Assembly: GCF_006345805.1 (NCBI RefSeq)
Contig: NW_021835469.1
Location: 1 to 64,000 of the forward strand
Length of the DNA stretch: 64,000 nucleotides
DNA from: Octopus sinensis
Taxonomy: Eukaryota
Reading direction: 5' to 3'
In this document: piece after piece, positions 1 to 13,724 of the stretch
Position numbering within the stretch: the first letter of the stretch is position 1
Layout: each line of letters starts with the position of its first letter
Made by a program: the position numbers and the translations under genes
Notes under the pieces: model-generated
Database searches by the model: none
Seen by the model: only the letters and a program-made list of their open reading frames with translations
Told to the model about the DNA's origin: nothing

Positions 1-145
1 TAGACATCCCAAGAAAAAGACAGCAACATCAACGATCAATAACAGAATCTTCTTTCCATCTCCTTATTCGTTTACTCCCTTCCTCTATGTTGTCATACTA
101 TTAATATATACCACTCTCATTTTCCATATCCCCCTCCCCCATTAT

Positions 146-203
146 TTGTCTCTGATTACTGAATATCCCATGTTCGGTCATTACCCAGAAACAGCTGCAA
201 GAT
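146..203 (+). ncRNA. Degenerate hammerhead-like motif at the end of a probable PLE-derived repeat
   Basis: TCT-CTGATTA (152-158, G8 lost) ... GAAA-CAGCTG-CA-AGA (188-202). Stem III is palindromic; stem II is poor. Confidence 0.3.
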
Positions 204-747
204 TTTGAATTTCTTCCTATAATAATATTGTATATGACTTAATATGTTTCCCTTGCTTTAATATTAGACGCCCTGTTTAATAATTATGTATGTATATATA
301 AAATTAGTGTACATTTAAACATAAAAAGAGAGGATCTTAAAATGCCGCCCGACAAGCTAGAAGGAACAGTCAAAAGTCCAACACCACAGTTAAGAGCAAT
401 TTCGAAGGAAGTGAAAAATAAAAACATTTACCATGTTTTACACAAGACCTAGGCATCTAACTTTGATTAGAAAATATTATATTAAGTATATAATTTAATA
501 TTCACTATTATACAGAAAATAATTTTCATAATGAATTTTTGTAGTTACTTTTAGCGCGTTCGTATTATGCATTTTGTTTGAATATAAAATTTTTATTCAC
601 AGTAATTAAAGGGTCTAATGTTTTTTACAATTATAATTACGTATCTCACGACCCTAAAAAATTATAAAATTTAAAAGGAAATAGATATAGAGGCAGATTA
701 CATTTAATTCAAATATGCTTTTACAAAAGAATATTTCTTGCATTGTC

Positions 748-1872
748 TGGGAAAATGTGGATTACAATGAAAAATGCGGGCGTAGGTGTGTTAATATTCT
801 TCAGTTATTATACCTGGAAAAATAGAGAACAAGGTTTCTACAGAGGGATTTGCCTAATTTGTCACGTCTAGAGAAAATTAAAAAGTACTTGAAATTAAAA
901 TTCTGCTGCACTTTAAATATTGCACCCAAGAATAACATTTTAAAATGTTATTAGGTAACTTTTATTAGCTAAATTTGAGAGAATTTATTTTATTTATTAT
1001 GAGAAACTAAAAAACAAATACATCTTTAAAATCATGGTACAAAAATAATCAAGAATAAATTTAAACAAAAAAAATTTTAATCATGTCTTTTGAAATATAC
1101 AATTAAAGTAGCCATTTTATTTAGTTGCATTGTACAAACAGTAAAATATGAAGCTGTAAATAATAATACAGAATAATTTTTCTTCAGTTGAATTGACGTC
1201 CCATTATAAAAAATAATCATTGATTGCACTAGAACGGCCATTAAATGGTTTCAAATCAACCATAAGCTCAGTCAATTTTCCATATTAAAAAAGGAAAATT
1301 TAATCTGACAAATAAATCACAAGTAAAATTTATTAGCATTAATACAGTAGAATTAGCCTAATTCATCTTTGGCTAATTCATTACTTCACCTAATTCCTCA
1401 CTTTCAATTTTCTCCTAGCGATGAGTAATTAGGCGAATTCTATTGTATTTTTTGAAATTGATTTTATTTTAATTCATTTTTAAAATACAGCTGTTTCCAA
1501 AAATAAGCACATGGGCTTAAATAGAAACTTAAAGAATTTTGCTTAAATAATTTTTTTAATGAAAATAATAAAAATTACATGAAAAGAGTTTCTTAATATA
1601 AGCTCATTGGCTTAAAATCGGACGGGCTTATTTTTGGAAAAAAACCAGTAATATTTTTAAGTTATTGTTTTAATAAAATGTAGTAAATTTTCAAAATGCT
1701 CTTCTCGGGTGTAATATTTTAAGTACAATAGAATTTAAATTTTAAGTACTTTTTAATTTCCTTTACGGGTGACGAATTAGTCAAATACTACTGTAAAAAT
1801 CTTGTTCTTTCCTTTTCCAGAAAATTGACATGCATGCGCCCGCATTTGTCCTTGTAATAATATCTTTTTCCA
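748..1872. mobile_element. Foldback/MITE-like element with long diverged inverted arms and nested hairpins
   Basis: About 748-945 is the reverse complement of about 1690-1872 (e.g. aaattaaaaagtactt, aatgcgggcg, gaacaag). Internal inverted repeats at 1341-1363/1427-1449 and 1494-1508/1626-1640. No ORF. Confidence 0.55.
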
Positions 1873-1923
1873 CTCGCTTTTTTAATTTTCTCTGTCGCTT
1901 GTATTCTGTATAAATCGGACCAA

Positions 1924-1967
<44 letters not shown>

Positions 1968-2105
1968 ATTCATAGTCTGGAAGTGTCCTTATTTTGCCTT
2001 CTCTCATTTTGCAAGTGTACTTACACACATATCATGTATTTGTTTTTTTCAATATGTTTAATATATATCGTGCCTCTAATTTGTTTATCCATATAATTAC
2101 GACTA

Positions 2106-2630
2106 TAACGGGAGGCTTTATGAAAATAGACAAAAGACGAAGGCAGGTGGAAAACAAACAAACAATTGTATTAGTATGACGCTCAGGAAATATACATAAA
2201 ACAAGTCTTTAACGTTTCGAGCCTACGCTCTTCAACAGAAAGATACACAGAGAGAAAAAAACACAGAAAGAAGGAGAGAAAAAAATGCGTGCAGTAACTA
2301 ACGAACCAACATGGCGATCTGATTTCGGCCAGAAGTCAAAGATCAAACATGAGACGCGAGAGCGAAATTAGGGGAGATAATAGGGTTGAGTGACCAGCTC
2401 CAACATAAGGGTGTGTGTGTGTGTGTGTATGAGAGAGTATTAGTGCGTATGAGAGGTCTGGACGTGTGTATATATAGGGTTGGTGTATGTATTAGTATGT
2501 ATTAGTATGTATAAGGGTGTGTGTGTGTGTGTGTATGAGAGAGTATTAGTGCGTATGAGAGGTCTGGACGTGTGTATGTATAGGGTTGGTGTATGTATTA
2601 GTATGTATTAGTACGTATTAGTGACTATAC
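2106..2630 (-). mobile_element. Short non-coding interspersed repeat (PLE-terminal-like) with an internal ~106-bp tandem duplication
   Basis: Carries an HHR-like motif at 2206-2243. Segments 2405-2507 and 2511-2613 are near-identical TG-rich units. Confidence 0.5.
2206..2243 (-). ncRNA. Minimal type-I hammerhead-like motif (A6U variant)
   Basis: Minus strand: TCTTT-CTGTTGA-A-GAGC-gtag-GCTC-GAAA-CGTT-AAAGA. Stems I and II pair perfectly; stem III is palindromic (AACGTT). Confidence 0.55.
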
Positions 2631-2819
2631 CCGCTCAACTTTATCCCTCTTATATCTCAAAGCCTTTCTTTACTTTCTAGAAGGATCCTCTGTAAATTCA
2701 TCGGCATCTAACTTTGAATGTCTTTGACACTACTATTTTCTATACGGGGAATATCTGGATCTCATCTGTGAGCTCTCTCTCTCTCTCTCAATAATAGTAG
2801 AGCTGTCAAATCATGCAAT

Positions 2820-4690
2820 CATGGAATTGAACCATTTTTATTGATATCGGTATTGTTTCTTTCCAGGTAAGCTGATATCTGTCACTCTTGAAAGCAGACA
2901 AAAAAAGGTTTTAGCCCCACAAAACGTTTTTGTTGACATGATGCTACATTAGGGGATGACGCCTCAGCTTCATCAACAGCGCAAAAGGGAGCAACTGAAT
3001 TTAGGAAGTGACTTGAAGACAATGCTGTTAGCATATCTTGTTGGAGCGTGGAGTATATTATGCACAACAAAATCAGCACGTTTTCTGACATGCAATCAAA
3101 ATGCTGATCATAATAAAGGAATATCTGTTTGAAGTAGATCCAGCTGTTTTTGTTGATCGTTTCCGAATCTAGGATGAGTATTGGATTCATCACTTTGAAT
3201 CTCAGAAACACAGACATACAGTGCCATGGAAATAACCATCAAAGAAGGCTACTGTCGTACGATTTGCAAGTTAGTTAGTTAATTTTTTGGCTCAAAAAGC
3301 AAAAAGCAAGGCCATGTAGGCAGACATGGAGTTATGTACAGGGTGGTGTTCATGTAAAGAGTTCAAGCCACTTGAGGTCAAGGGAGACTTTGAACCGAGC
3401 GGTCGTCGGCATCTTCACCATCTCGTCTGGCAGCTTATTCCACGGATCCGCAACCCGGATGGAGAAAGCACCTCTCCTTCGTTTGAGATGAAATCATCGC
3501 AGATAGAGCTTTTCGGAATGACCCCGCAGCCGACGCTCTGGAGCAGGAATGAAGAACATCTCTTTCGAGAGGTTACACTTTCCGCTTATGATGTTGTGAG
3601 CAAGAATGAGATCTCCATGGCGTCGTCGTTTTTCTAGAGAATAAATGTCGAGCGTCTTCAGCCTTTCTTCATAAGACAAATTCTTGAGACCAAGAACCAT
3701 GCGGGTAGCCAGCTTCTGGACTCTTTCGAGATGCTGTATGTCTTTGAGGAGATAAGGAGAAGAGGCTTGAATCCCGTACTCCAATATGGGTCTCACCAGC
3801 GTGACATAGAGCGGTAAGAATATGGCTGCTGTGAGCATTTAGAATGACCGTCGAATCAAGAACAGAATTCCGCATGCTTTGTTGGTGGCATGGACGCACT
3901 GGGCCGAAGGCGAAAAGGAGGAATCCACCAAGATTCCCAGGTCCTTTACCTGATCAGTCCTCTCCAGCAGCAGAGGACCCGGCTCGAAATAAAGTTGAGT
4001 TGCAGGAGGAGAGCCAACAAGCAGATGACAGCACTTTGACACGTTCAGACACAGGTCCCATTCGTTAGACCATCTCCAAATTTGGTGGAGGCATCGACGA
4101 AGATCCTCTATATCACCGCGAGGAGCGACCAGTTTGACATCGTCGGCAAATAGAAGGGTGTGTTGCGTGAGGTCGTCGGGCAAGTCATTTATGAAGACTA
4201 AGAACAAGTAGTTAATTATGAAGACTAAGACTAAGTAATGTTATGGCCTCAGTTCTTTTTGAATACAAAATGGCTACACCATAAATAGGGAGTAATTTTC
4301 CAGCTTGCTGAGGCAGTTATGGAAATGTCATGTAAAACTGACGAAGGTGTCATTTTTCATCAGGTCAAACTCCAGTACTTGATTTTTTTGTTTTTTTGGG
4401 TGCTGTGCATCAATGAGTCTTTCAGCCTTTTGATAAACATCGCTGTTCTCCTGAATTGGCTGCATATGATTATCACTTATCCTCCAACATGGAGAAACAT
4501 CTGACTTGAAGCCAGTATCGCCGAGATGGTATCGTTATATCAGCTGTTCATGACTTTCTGACCAAGAGGATTAAAGCTTCTTCAGTTATGAAATTTGCAG
4601 CATTGATGAAAGAAGTCTGTGATCTACGAAAGGGACTAGGTTTAAAGAAATTCGTTTGGTCACATTCGATGAGAATATCTCTGACGGTCA
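2820..4690 (+). mobile_element. Decayed mariner transposon split by a LINE at 3271-4233
   Basis: Relic translation: GLAPQNVFVDM..TLGDDASASST..EFRK, DEYWIHHF, KKATVVRFAS | NVMASV, SPELAAYDYHL..MEKHL. These match mariner HTH, first catalytic D and YSPDLAP regions. Confidence 0.8.
3271..4207 (-). mobile_element. 5'-truncated CR1-clade LINE (RT C-terminus) with (TAAC)n tail
   Basis: FLVFINDL, LFADDVKL, LVRPILEY, LERVQ, SYEERL, RGH..KL. Two nonsense stops. Nearly identical to 49487-50481; tail ttagttagtt at 3271. Confidence 0.93.
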
Positions 4691-6678
4691 TTAAAGTATT
4701 CAGCTGACCCCTGTATACATCTATAATGCAATATCTGTAAGTCGTCTAATCTTTTATACCTGCACATACGGAATTTCGATAAACGTAAATAAACATAAAG
4801 GCTATTTGTCACACTCCAACGTAACAAAGAACTGCTTTTTAATTTTAGATTCTATGATGCAGAAATACCGACGATGTTACCCACACTTTCTAATAAAATA
4901 TGAATTAAATTCTCTTGATGATTCAGAAATTTGATTAAGCGATATAATTTCCAAAATTGTCAAATATTTAAAGTATGTTCGTACTTAAGCTAGTTTTAAA
5001 TACAATTGGAGAGTGGTCAGGTATAATACATTATATTGTTGTTGATGAGAATATACTAACATCGAGAAGCAGTAAAAATACTGCGACTCATATTATCTGG
5101 TGTGTATCTGTTCAAACCAATTTACCTATCTTCTAATTTACACACGAGCACATGTGCAATAGGTGCATATGCTTACGTATTTATCTAATTATCCTTTTAT
5201 CTACACATGCACAGACACACTAAACCAAACACACATACACATGCACAGACACACTTAACCAAACACACATACACATGCACATAGAGACACACATATACAC
5301 ATACATACACACATGCACGCACAGACACACATACACATACATACAAATGTCTGAGTTTTTGAAAATATTGTCTTTGTATTTATTATGCACGTATGTCTTT
5401 TCTTGATGCTTCGCTTCACCGTGGTTCTAACAATATCAATAACAGTTCTGCACAGTTTAATAATCTTAAGAAGACACGAGAGAGCTAATTTAGAAATTTA
5501 TTCCGCTTTACGCAGGAGTGATTACTCAAGATTAGATTCCTCACGTGACTCACCACGCGCGGAGAGATGTTCTTTATTTTTGGCTATTATGCCGTATTGA
5601 AATGTCAATTGGCTTTTTGTTTGTCACTTCAAATAAACTTCAAAAAGTATGTAGTAATTCGACCTTTTGTAATGTTCTTTATTTCGTCCATCCCTTTCGG
5701 CAATGTGTACATTCTTGCGCATATAGAATTAAAATAAGTAAGTGTTAGAAGAAATTAAGAAAATAACCCGTTTGAACGTTCATTGTATCGAACAGGAACC
5801 TAGAGAATGTATAACTAAAAGAGAAGTTTCCATACGGTTTTTGCTAGTATGCGAAACAGTAAATGAAAACCTTTTATGGGACAGGCATTTATAATCGACA
5901 TTTTGTTGTTTTAATATATTTTGAATTGGGACATTTATATTAAATATCTTGCACACTCCCGCGATCATTAACATTGTTAATATTAATTATCACCTTTGAT
6001 TTTTACTTAGATTTATGTTCTCATGGCAATGTTTGCTTCACAAGTATTATGTTTTTTTCATTTTATTCTGTCACAATTTTCGTTGTTTTCTCTTCAATTA
6101 TATATCCGCGTAAATCTACATACGCAAATGCTATGTATTATTACTCTTGTTTTTGATTTGTCTATTTTCGTTTTCAACGGATGACAGATAAAACATACTT
6201 TACATTTATTCACTATTTGAAATATCCACATATCTAGCATTTTTAGAATATTTTTATCTTTTGATTCCTTAAAAGCGTACACTTATGATTCCGTCATCCA
6301 TATTTCATTATTTATAGAAGGATATCGCTTACAAAATGTTATGAGCCACTGCATTTAACCTTTGATAATAAACATTATTTCTATCAGCAATGATGAAAAA
6401 CTACTGCTTAACAAGGTATCTTTGATTCGTACCTAAACGGATCAGCATTAATTTTATTTTCAATGCAGTATTACTGGCGTCCTTATTTATACGTAGAATG
6501 ACGGTGCATATATTTACTGTCATTTTAAAATACATTATATATATCGTTCTAAAATATATTGCATAAGTTTATATACATAAATCTCGTTCAAACTGATATT
6601 ATTCCTCTAAACATATTCGTGTTAAAGTATTCAAGAACGATAAATATTTCACAAAAATGAATATTCAATTGTTTATTA

Positions 6679-7552
6679 TGTTGTGTCTGGGGAGAGTCAT
6701 TTTCTTTTTGTGCCTTATAATGTAACACTCACCGGTAAAATTTCCACTTATTTCTTATTTTTATTTTCTTCAAATTTTCGTTGCGTCATGCAACTTTTTC
6801 AATAGTCTGTTATTTACACAGCGTTCGTGTTTGTTTGTTTGTGCCATTATGTGTGAGTCAGTGTGTGTGTGCCTATGCGTGCATGTATGTATGTATGTAT
6901 GTATGTATGTATATATGTATGCATGTGTGTGTATGTATATGTGTGTGTAGGCATATGTGTATATGTATGTATCTCTGTGCATATGTATTTATGTATTCTT
7001 CATATTCATGTGTTTGCATGTACATGTTTGTGTACTTTTATGTATGTGTGTGAGCGTGTACTTGTATATGTATGCACCTCTGTCTCCTTGTGCGTGCATG
7101 TCTGTATGTGGGTGGGTGTGTGTTTGCAACTATGAACCATGTCTGTTTGTATGGATGCGCATCTCTATATGTGTGGAGTAACGTGTGGGTGTATATATGG
7201 TCATGTGTATCAGTCAACATTTGCGTATCTGTGCTTGTCTGTTCATATAACCTATGTACTTATCCGTCTATATGTTGATCTGTTTATTTTCATATCTATA
7301 TGATTACATACATGTGCACACACGCACATACCCACGCACGGACACATACATACATCTATCTACATAACAGCCCACTTACTATTCTACTTTACCTGTGTAA
7401 ACCGTGGGTTTGGAGATATGATATCTACTATGTATATTTCCTATTTAGTACTATAAGGCACAAAAAGAAAATAACTCTTCCCAGACACAGCAGAATATGC
7501 TTCGACACACGAACTCACAAATAATCTTGCAAACCAATTCCAAATATGAAAT
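6679..7552 (-). mobile_element. Non-coding truncated Penelope-like copy with an inverted terminal segment
   Basis: 6679-7451 aligns with 26492-27250, which runs into GIY-YIG coding sequence. 7452-7552 is an inverted copy of the element end (IR 6679-6719/7452-7492). Confidence 0.75.
6769..6807 (-). ncRNA. Minimal hammerhead motif, U3-A8 core
   Basis: Minus strand: gacta-TTGAAAA-a-GTTGC-atgac-GCAAC-GAAA-ATTT. Stem I is partly decayed here but intact (CTA/TAG) in the 26583 copy. Confidence 0.55.
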
Positions 7553-9379
7553 AATTACTTATTAGCTATTGTGAAATTATATATATATATATATATTTAA
7601 AAAAAGAAACAATTTGCCTACACGTTTCCATATATAGGTTGCTTGCTTTGCAGTAGGTACTCTGATAAATAAGAACATAAAAAAAATATTTTACACTTAT
7701 TTGTTTTTATGTCTAAGCCAGAAACTAGAAATATAATATAAATAAATTCATATAAACCCGCTCTTGGTTTCTAATTCCTCTACAAAAAGTAGAATGCAAT
7801 TTAGTAATCAATCAAAAACAGTTATACTATTCACACACATCCAAATACATATTCAACCCCCCATACTTAGAATGGCAATCTTCAGCAGCCCGAAACTCTT
7901 TCAAGTGCATTAACACGTAGTTAAAATACTGCATCGTTTCAAATTCATTTTCCTTTAGCTACTTCTCTGATTTGTTGCATTCGTAATTCCGTAATACTAG
8001 ATTAGCCCTCATCAAACATATCTATCATTGACGGATATGCAGCCACCTAATATAACCATTAACTTTGCAAACCAAAGCTTGTGTAGCTTGAGGAAAATTT
8101 GCTCCCAAATCCTGAAATTCAAGTGTTGATATAAGTGCATCTTCAAGAATATATGTTGAAAATGTATCTGTTATCCTGCCGGTGAAAATTGAAATCACCA
8201 ATTCCAAGCATACCTCTCTAGTTTAACCACATTGCCTCAAAGATTTTGTAACTTTTCAAAGGCTATGCGGCTCAAAATAGTGTCTGCCCATTGTGCCTCC
8301 ATCTTCTAAGTAAGCAAATCAGATTCTCAGTTTAATCTTATAATGAGTTATACTATTTATCGTCTCCGTCTACTACATTTTTGTTTTTCTTGTTATTTAT
8401 AATATTATCATTGAGGTTGCTTTTTTGTATTTTTATCCGTAAAATATATTATCTCTTTGAATGTTAGATAAAGGATACAAAATAAGAATGAGAACGTTTT
8501 ACACATTTATTTACGATGCTTTCCTATATAATTATTTATAACTATGTCAACATTTATTTTATTTTGTCATTCGTAACCGTCAATAGTCTCTGCACTTTGA
8601 TCGTAACTATTCTCAATATTGGACCTTCCACTATAACCTTTTTATCGTGAAAGACTCAGCTAAATGGTAAATAATTACTTAGCATTAATCCAGGCATTCG
8701 TTTCCTACCGAAAGCTCTGAATTCTGAAAATAAACACTGTGATGCCATTGATGTTTTAGTCTCAATGTTATGGAATCTATTGATTTCTGTGTTAGATCTG
8801 ATTACAACAGACCACCATAATGTGAATATATGTATTTTGCGTTTATGACAATATTTGTAAAATATTACATTTATTTATTAGCAAACATTTAGAATGAATT
8901 TATTATTATGTTTTCTTCTCTATTTGCCTAAATCTGTTCTAAATGATACAAAATTCTGACGATTAATAATCCTCAATGTATTCCGTCGGAAACGTAGAAC
9001 TGAAGTCGAGATTTTTCTTTTATTATAAATTTCTATTTGCTTTCGGATGACCACCAGATAGTGTAAACTTGAGGAACCTTTAAGAACATAGTTACGGAAT
9101 CTATGGGTGGAATGGAAATGTATTTATAATATATGCTGCTGATATGATTGCTTTCGTAGAATTATTGTTATATACACATTTCTAAATCTTCAAAACAGTT
9201 TTTCGATCCAGATATAATGCTAATGTGTAACTACATATTCACTCATCTTGGAATGTTCATAAAATGATCTAGGAAAAATACGATTTCCGTACAAAATTAC
9301 TTATAAAACCTATAAGGCTGACTATGGTGGAGATATGATAGTGCTGTGAAATCTTTCATACATTATTGTCAACGCTTCT

Positions 9380-10150
9380 TACTAATAACTGCATTGTTTC
9401 ACTCCGGTAACTGACATATGATTCCAGACAACAGACTTCACCAACAACAACTAGTAGCGATTTCTCTTAAAAGTGAACAGTATTTGTCACTGTGGTCTTA
9501 TCAAATACCAGCAGAAAAAATGTTTAGCTTGTAAGACATTCATCCTGACATGGTTTCTACATCATGTGATACACACCAGCTTTATGAACAATTCAAATAT
9601 GGGCAGTCTAATGTCAGAGAGATAGGGAGAGTCTTAAGGATGACGCAAGGTCTGGACATCCTTCAAATGGGCCACGCCATCGCCAGAGAGTACCATGCCA
9701 GCATGTGGATGCAATTACGAAAGGCTATCAAGATAATAAGCCCCGGAGAACTGACGAAGGGGATCTTGCTTCATGATGACATTGCTTCATCATACAAATC
9801 CTTGGTGTCAATGGGCGCTTTGAGTAACTGTATCTTTAATTCGGTTGATCACCGTCCATACTTTCCTTATTTCGCTCCATTTGACATAACATATGTTCCC
9901 GAGAATGACAAAGAAACACTTGCCTGGGAAGCATATTGCAGTGATAATGAAGTTTTAAATGCAGCCGCTGACTTTTTGACCGACAGTATGAACGTTTCTT
10001 CCTCCTATCAGTCCAATGGTATCGGAGCAATGCAACATCGACGTAAAAAGTGCGTGGACCGAACGTTTGACTATGTTGAAAAATAAAACTCATTTGGTAA
10101 CGTTTTATGGCAGTATCTTGGTCAACATATGACCGTTTCAGTCAAAACAC
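9380..10150 (+). mobile_element. Internally deleted mariner relic
   Basis: ORF 9550-10086: LRKAIK..PGELTKGILLHDD, DHRPYFPYFAPFD, KKCVDR..DYVEK. DDARSGHP is joined directly to LQMGH, so the centre is deleted. Confidence 0.85.
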
Positions 10151-12470
10151 GTAAGTAATCGATTAAAATTAAAACGTTTGCTTACATTGTGTATATGTGT
10201 CAATTATACAATTAATCTCGGAAAAAGTCGATCAAACAAAATATTAATATGATATAGTTCACACATTCGATGCTCAGCATGCCATATACATAAGAGCAGT
10301 AGCAATTTGATGGAATGATAACAGAAATATGAACGATGGTGTAGAATAAAAGTACTTTTGTGGAAGAATGTCTTCGGAATATCCGGTTCACGCAATGTAC
10401 TGCATGATTTGTAAAGCTTAATAGTTGCAGAAGCTGCAGGTTCAAGCACAGTGGATTGTCAATCGTCGTTTGTAAATTTACGAAACCAAACATGATATCA
10501 TAAAATACATGAAAATTGGCGTATTAAACGTAAACATTTAGATCGGCAGTGAAAGTAGGAAATATGCACTATAAGCATCCTTTTGTAATGTGGAAAACGT
10601 TACTGGAGATGAAATTTGACTACCAATTTAGTGGATTAGTTAATGACGCTTAAAAGCTCAGGTTGCATATAACAATATAGGGTTTTGTTTTGCAATCACT
10701 TTACTGAATTATAGTGAACAGACATAATCTCTTTTCAAGCACGACCAACAAAAACAATGCCGGACTAACTACTGTTACATGTTACATGCACTTGTCGCAT
10801 CAGCATCGTATTTAGACAATATAAAAGAGAAATCTTATTTCGAGATCTGATCATTACATACTTTGGCGTCCAATCAGAACAGTATAAATTCAAACTGAAA
10901 ACTGTTATATATCTGGATTTTCAGCTTGAAGTCCTAATGTAAACATGCCAATTTAGCACAAGTTCTATGAGCATTATATGACACATACTTATGGAATTAT
11001 GGGAAAAGTGAACTTCTGATTTGCACTATAGCAGCAATGAAATTTGAACGATTTGCTGATTGATGTAAAAGATTAAATAATAGGAATGGAAAGCAGTAAG
11101 CACAAAACTTTTTATTCTATGAAATTATGGGAATGGAGGAAATGAATACCCTTCAGTTTTCACAAGTCAAAGCTGTACATTAAATCACATACGTATTTCG
11201 AGTTGTCAAACTTAGTCACATAAAGTTACAGATATTTTGTATATCGGAATTTCTTTGTAGAAAAATGAATATAAAGTTTCTGATTGCTAGCTGGGCAGTA
11301 TTCCGCTGAAAATCTATAATTTTCGGCGTTTGTATGATAAACCTCCAATACTTTACGCTATGATGATTATCGTTCTCAAATAAATGTTATACGGCTGCGT
11401 TTCTACATTCTGTGTCTACTGCTCAATAAAGCACTGCCCCAAAAGTATATATATATGCATTATCTAAATTCGAGTCCTGAGAGTGAACTTACCTTAACCG
11501 CCGTTATCAATTTAGTTATATTATGTTTTGTTCTCTACTCTAAATATATTTCTTGTGGCATATTTTCAACTCATCAGAAGTTACACTCTTTCTGTTAACT
11601 GGGTCAATTTGTGTAGTAGATTCTCATTGACTGAACGTAACTTTACGCATATTATTATACATAAATGTCCGATAGTGTAATTTATAAGCTGGTTCTCATT
11701 GACATATAAACTATTCTTCTCATATATTTAGCTTGGTCTGCTTTAGAAACTTTAGACGTCGCTTTATGTATTTAATCATACCCAGAAAAATATCCTTCTT
11801 AATAGGAAAACTCAGCAACTTCGATGCGCACGAGCAGTGCTTCAACTTCTAATGAAGCTTTCAACATTTCCAGCTTATGACGCTGTAAATTAAACCCGAG
11901 TTTGTACAAGATATCGTTGGCAAATATAAATTTATATGTTTTGATAGAAGAGTCCACGGAATAAACATTAACAAGCATTCTAAAATAGTATGGCCACAGT
12001 ATATTTTAATTATTTAATATTATCTTTTCTTATTATACCAAAACTCAGAGTAGACAGTGAAATATTGATAAAATAAAAATATCTAAGCGTTCTATGCAAC
12101 GTATTAAATTCTGTGTAATATAATGTTTGCGCTACAAAAGTTAATTGTTCAATATTTTACACAACATTTAGTACTATATATATGTAAATAAATTAGAAAG
12201 GTTAGTAGGTTTCACGCGACTAAATTTATTTGGGAATCAAATAGAAAATAAACAGAGAATGGCTTTAAGAATTTATAACGAGAACGTATTTAAATTTCTT
12301 TTCAAAATATACTAGTTTCAAGCAATTTTAGCAAGTTTTCTTCATATTGTTAGAGAAGGACATATGCAGTGAAATAAAATAAACTTCCAAGAAGTTCCGG
12401 AAGTTTACATGATTTGCTCCCAACATACGCATGGTGACAGTAGTTGGTTTCCTGCAGAATTCAGCTTGGG

Positions 12471-12471
<1 letters not shown>

Positions 12472-12524
<53 letters not shown>

Positions 12525-12560
12525 CAGCAGCAGTAGTATTAGCCGCAACAGCAGCAGCAA
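12472..12560. repeat. (AGT)n/(AGC)n microsatellite
   Basis: Direct inspection. Confidence 0.95.
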
Positions 12561-13724
12561 CATTTCTTGCAGTTGTTCTTTACTGGTAAGGAAGGCGGCG
12601 AGTTGTCAGAGTCATTATCATGCTTAAAATATGCTAAGCGGCATTTCTTCTGTCTTCGCCTTATGATTTCAAATTCCGCCATTACATAAAGATGCAAACA
12701 GGTTTTATGGTAGGTAAGTAAAAAGCGCTTAAATATCTGATCTTTTTGAAAACAGCTACGAGATTTCTTTTTCATGCTAATATTATATAACATTTTCAAA
12801 TGACTCTTTACTTCATATTTTGATATGTTTTTCCATTTTACACTTTAGCGTTATTCAATCATTCACATTTACTTCAATATAAGTTTAATCAGAGAGCGTG
12901 AATGTTATAAATTCTAAATTTGAAATACTTCTCAAATATATTTTCCTACCTATTATTGAAGCTCGAATGCATTTCATGTGAATACAGTTTTATTTGATCG
13001 ACTTTCGTTCGCCTATTCCTGTAGTTATAAATAATTAATATTTATACGGTGTATTAGGTATCAAAGAATATTTTTTACCCATCATTTTCCCTCTATCAAC
13101 GTCTACGTATATAAAGTTGATTAGTTATTATATGTAACTTTTACGTTTAATCGTGATTTTGATTTTGTGTGACTACTTTAGAGAATAACTCAGTTATGTA
13201 AATTTTACAGAAAGCGGCATTAAAGATTATTTTATTATACGTTGTTTAACCAATGCTATGCTCTCCTTTCCGTCTAGGACGAAGAATCTTGATACTACTA
13301 CGGTTCTGACGTTCATTCATTTTCTTTACTTGCATGTCTTTCATTTAAGCTATTGTTCTGTATGCAAAATTTCGACATGTTATTATGTTTTACGATGTGA
13401 TCTCAAAATATATTTTAATGTTTTGATAATTTTAAATAGCTTTATCCATATACGTTGTCGAACAACAAAGAAAATCAGTAGCTGCTAAATTATCCTTTTT
13501 AGAAATAGTGTTCTGCCTTTGTATAGCATGTTACATTTGTAACAATTAAGTAAATTTGCACAGTACCTATGTGTAGAAGAAAAAATAACAAAGAAATACA
13601 GTACATAAGAGTCTCTGTCATAGCTACAAAGGTTTTCAGCAAATAACATTAGAAAGTACCGAACGGATTTTCCTGTTAATGGTTCAGATTAATGCCAATG
13701 GCTCAGATTCATACATATGTACTT

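Noticed and set aside
10340-11110. Balanced-composition stretch that looked coding
   Set aside because: Stops in all frames and no recognisable motif.
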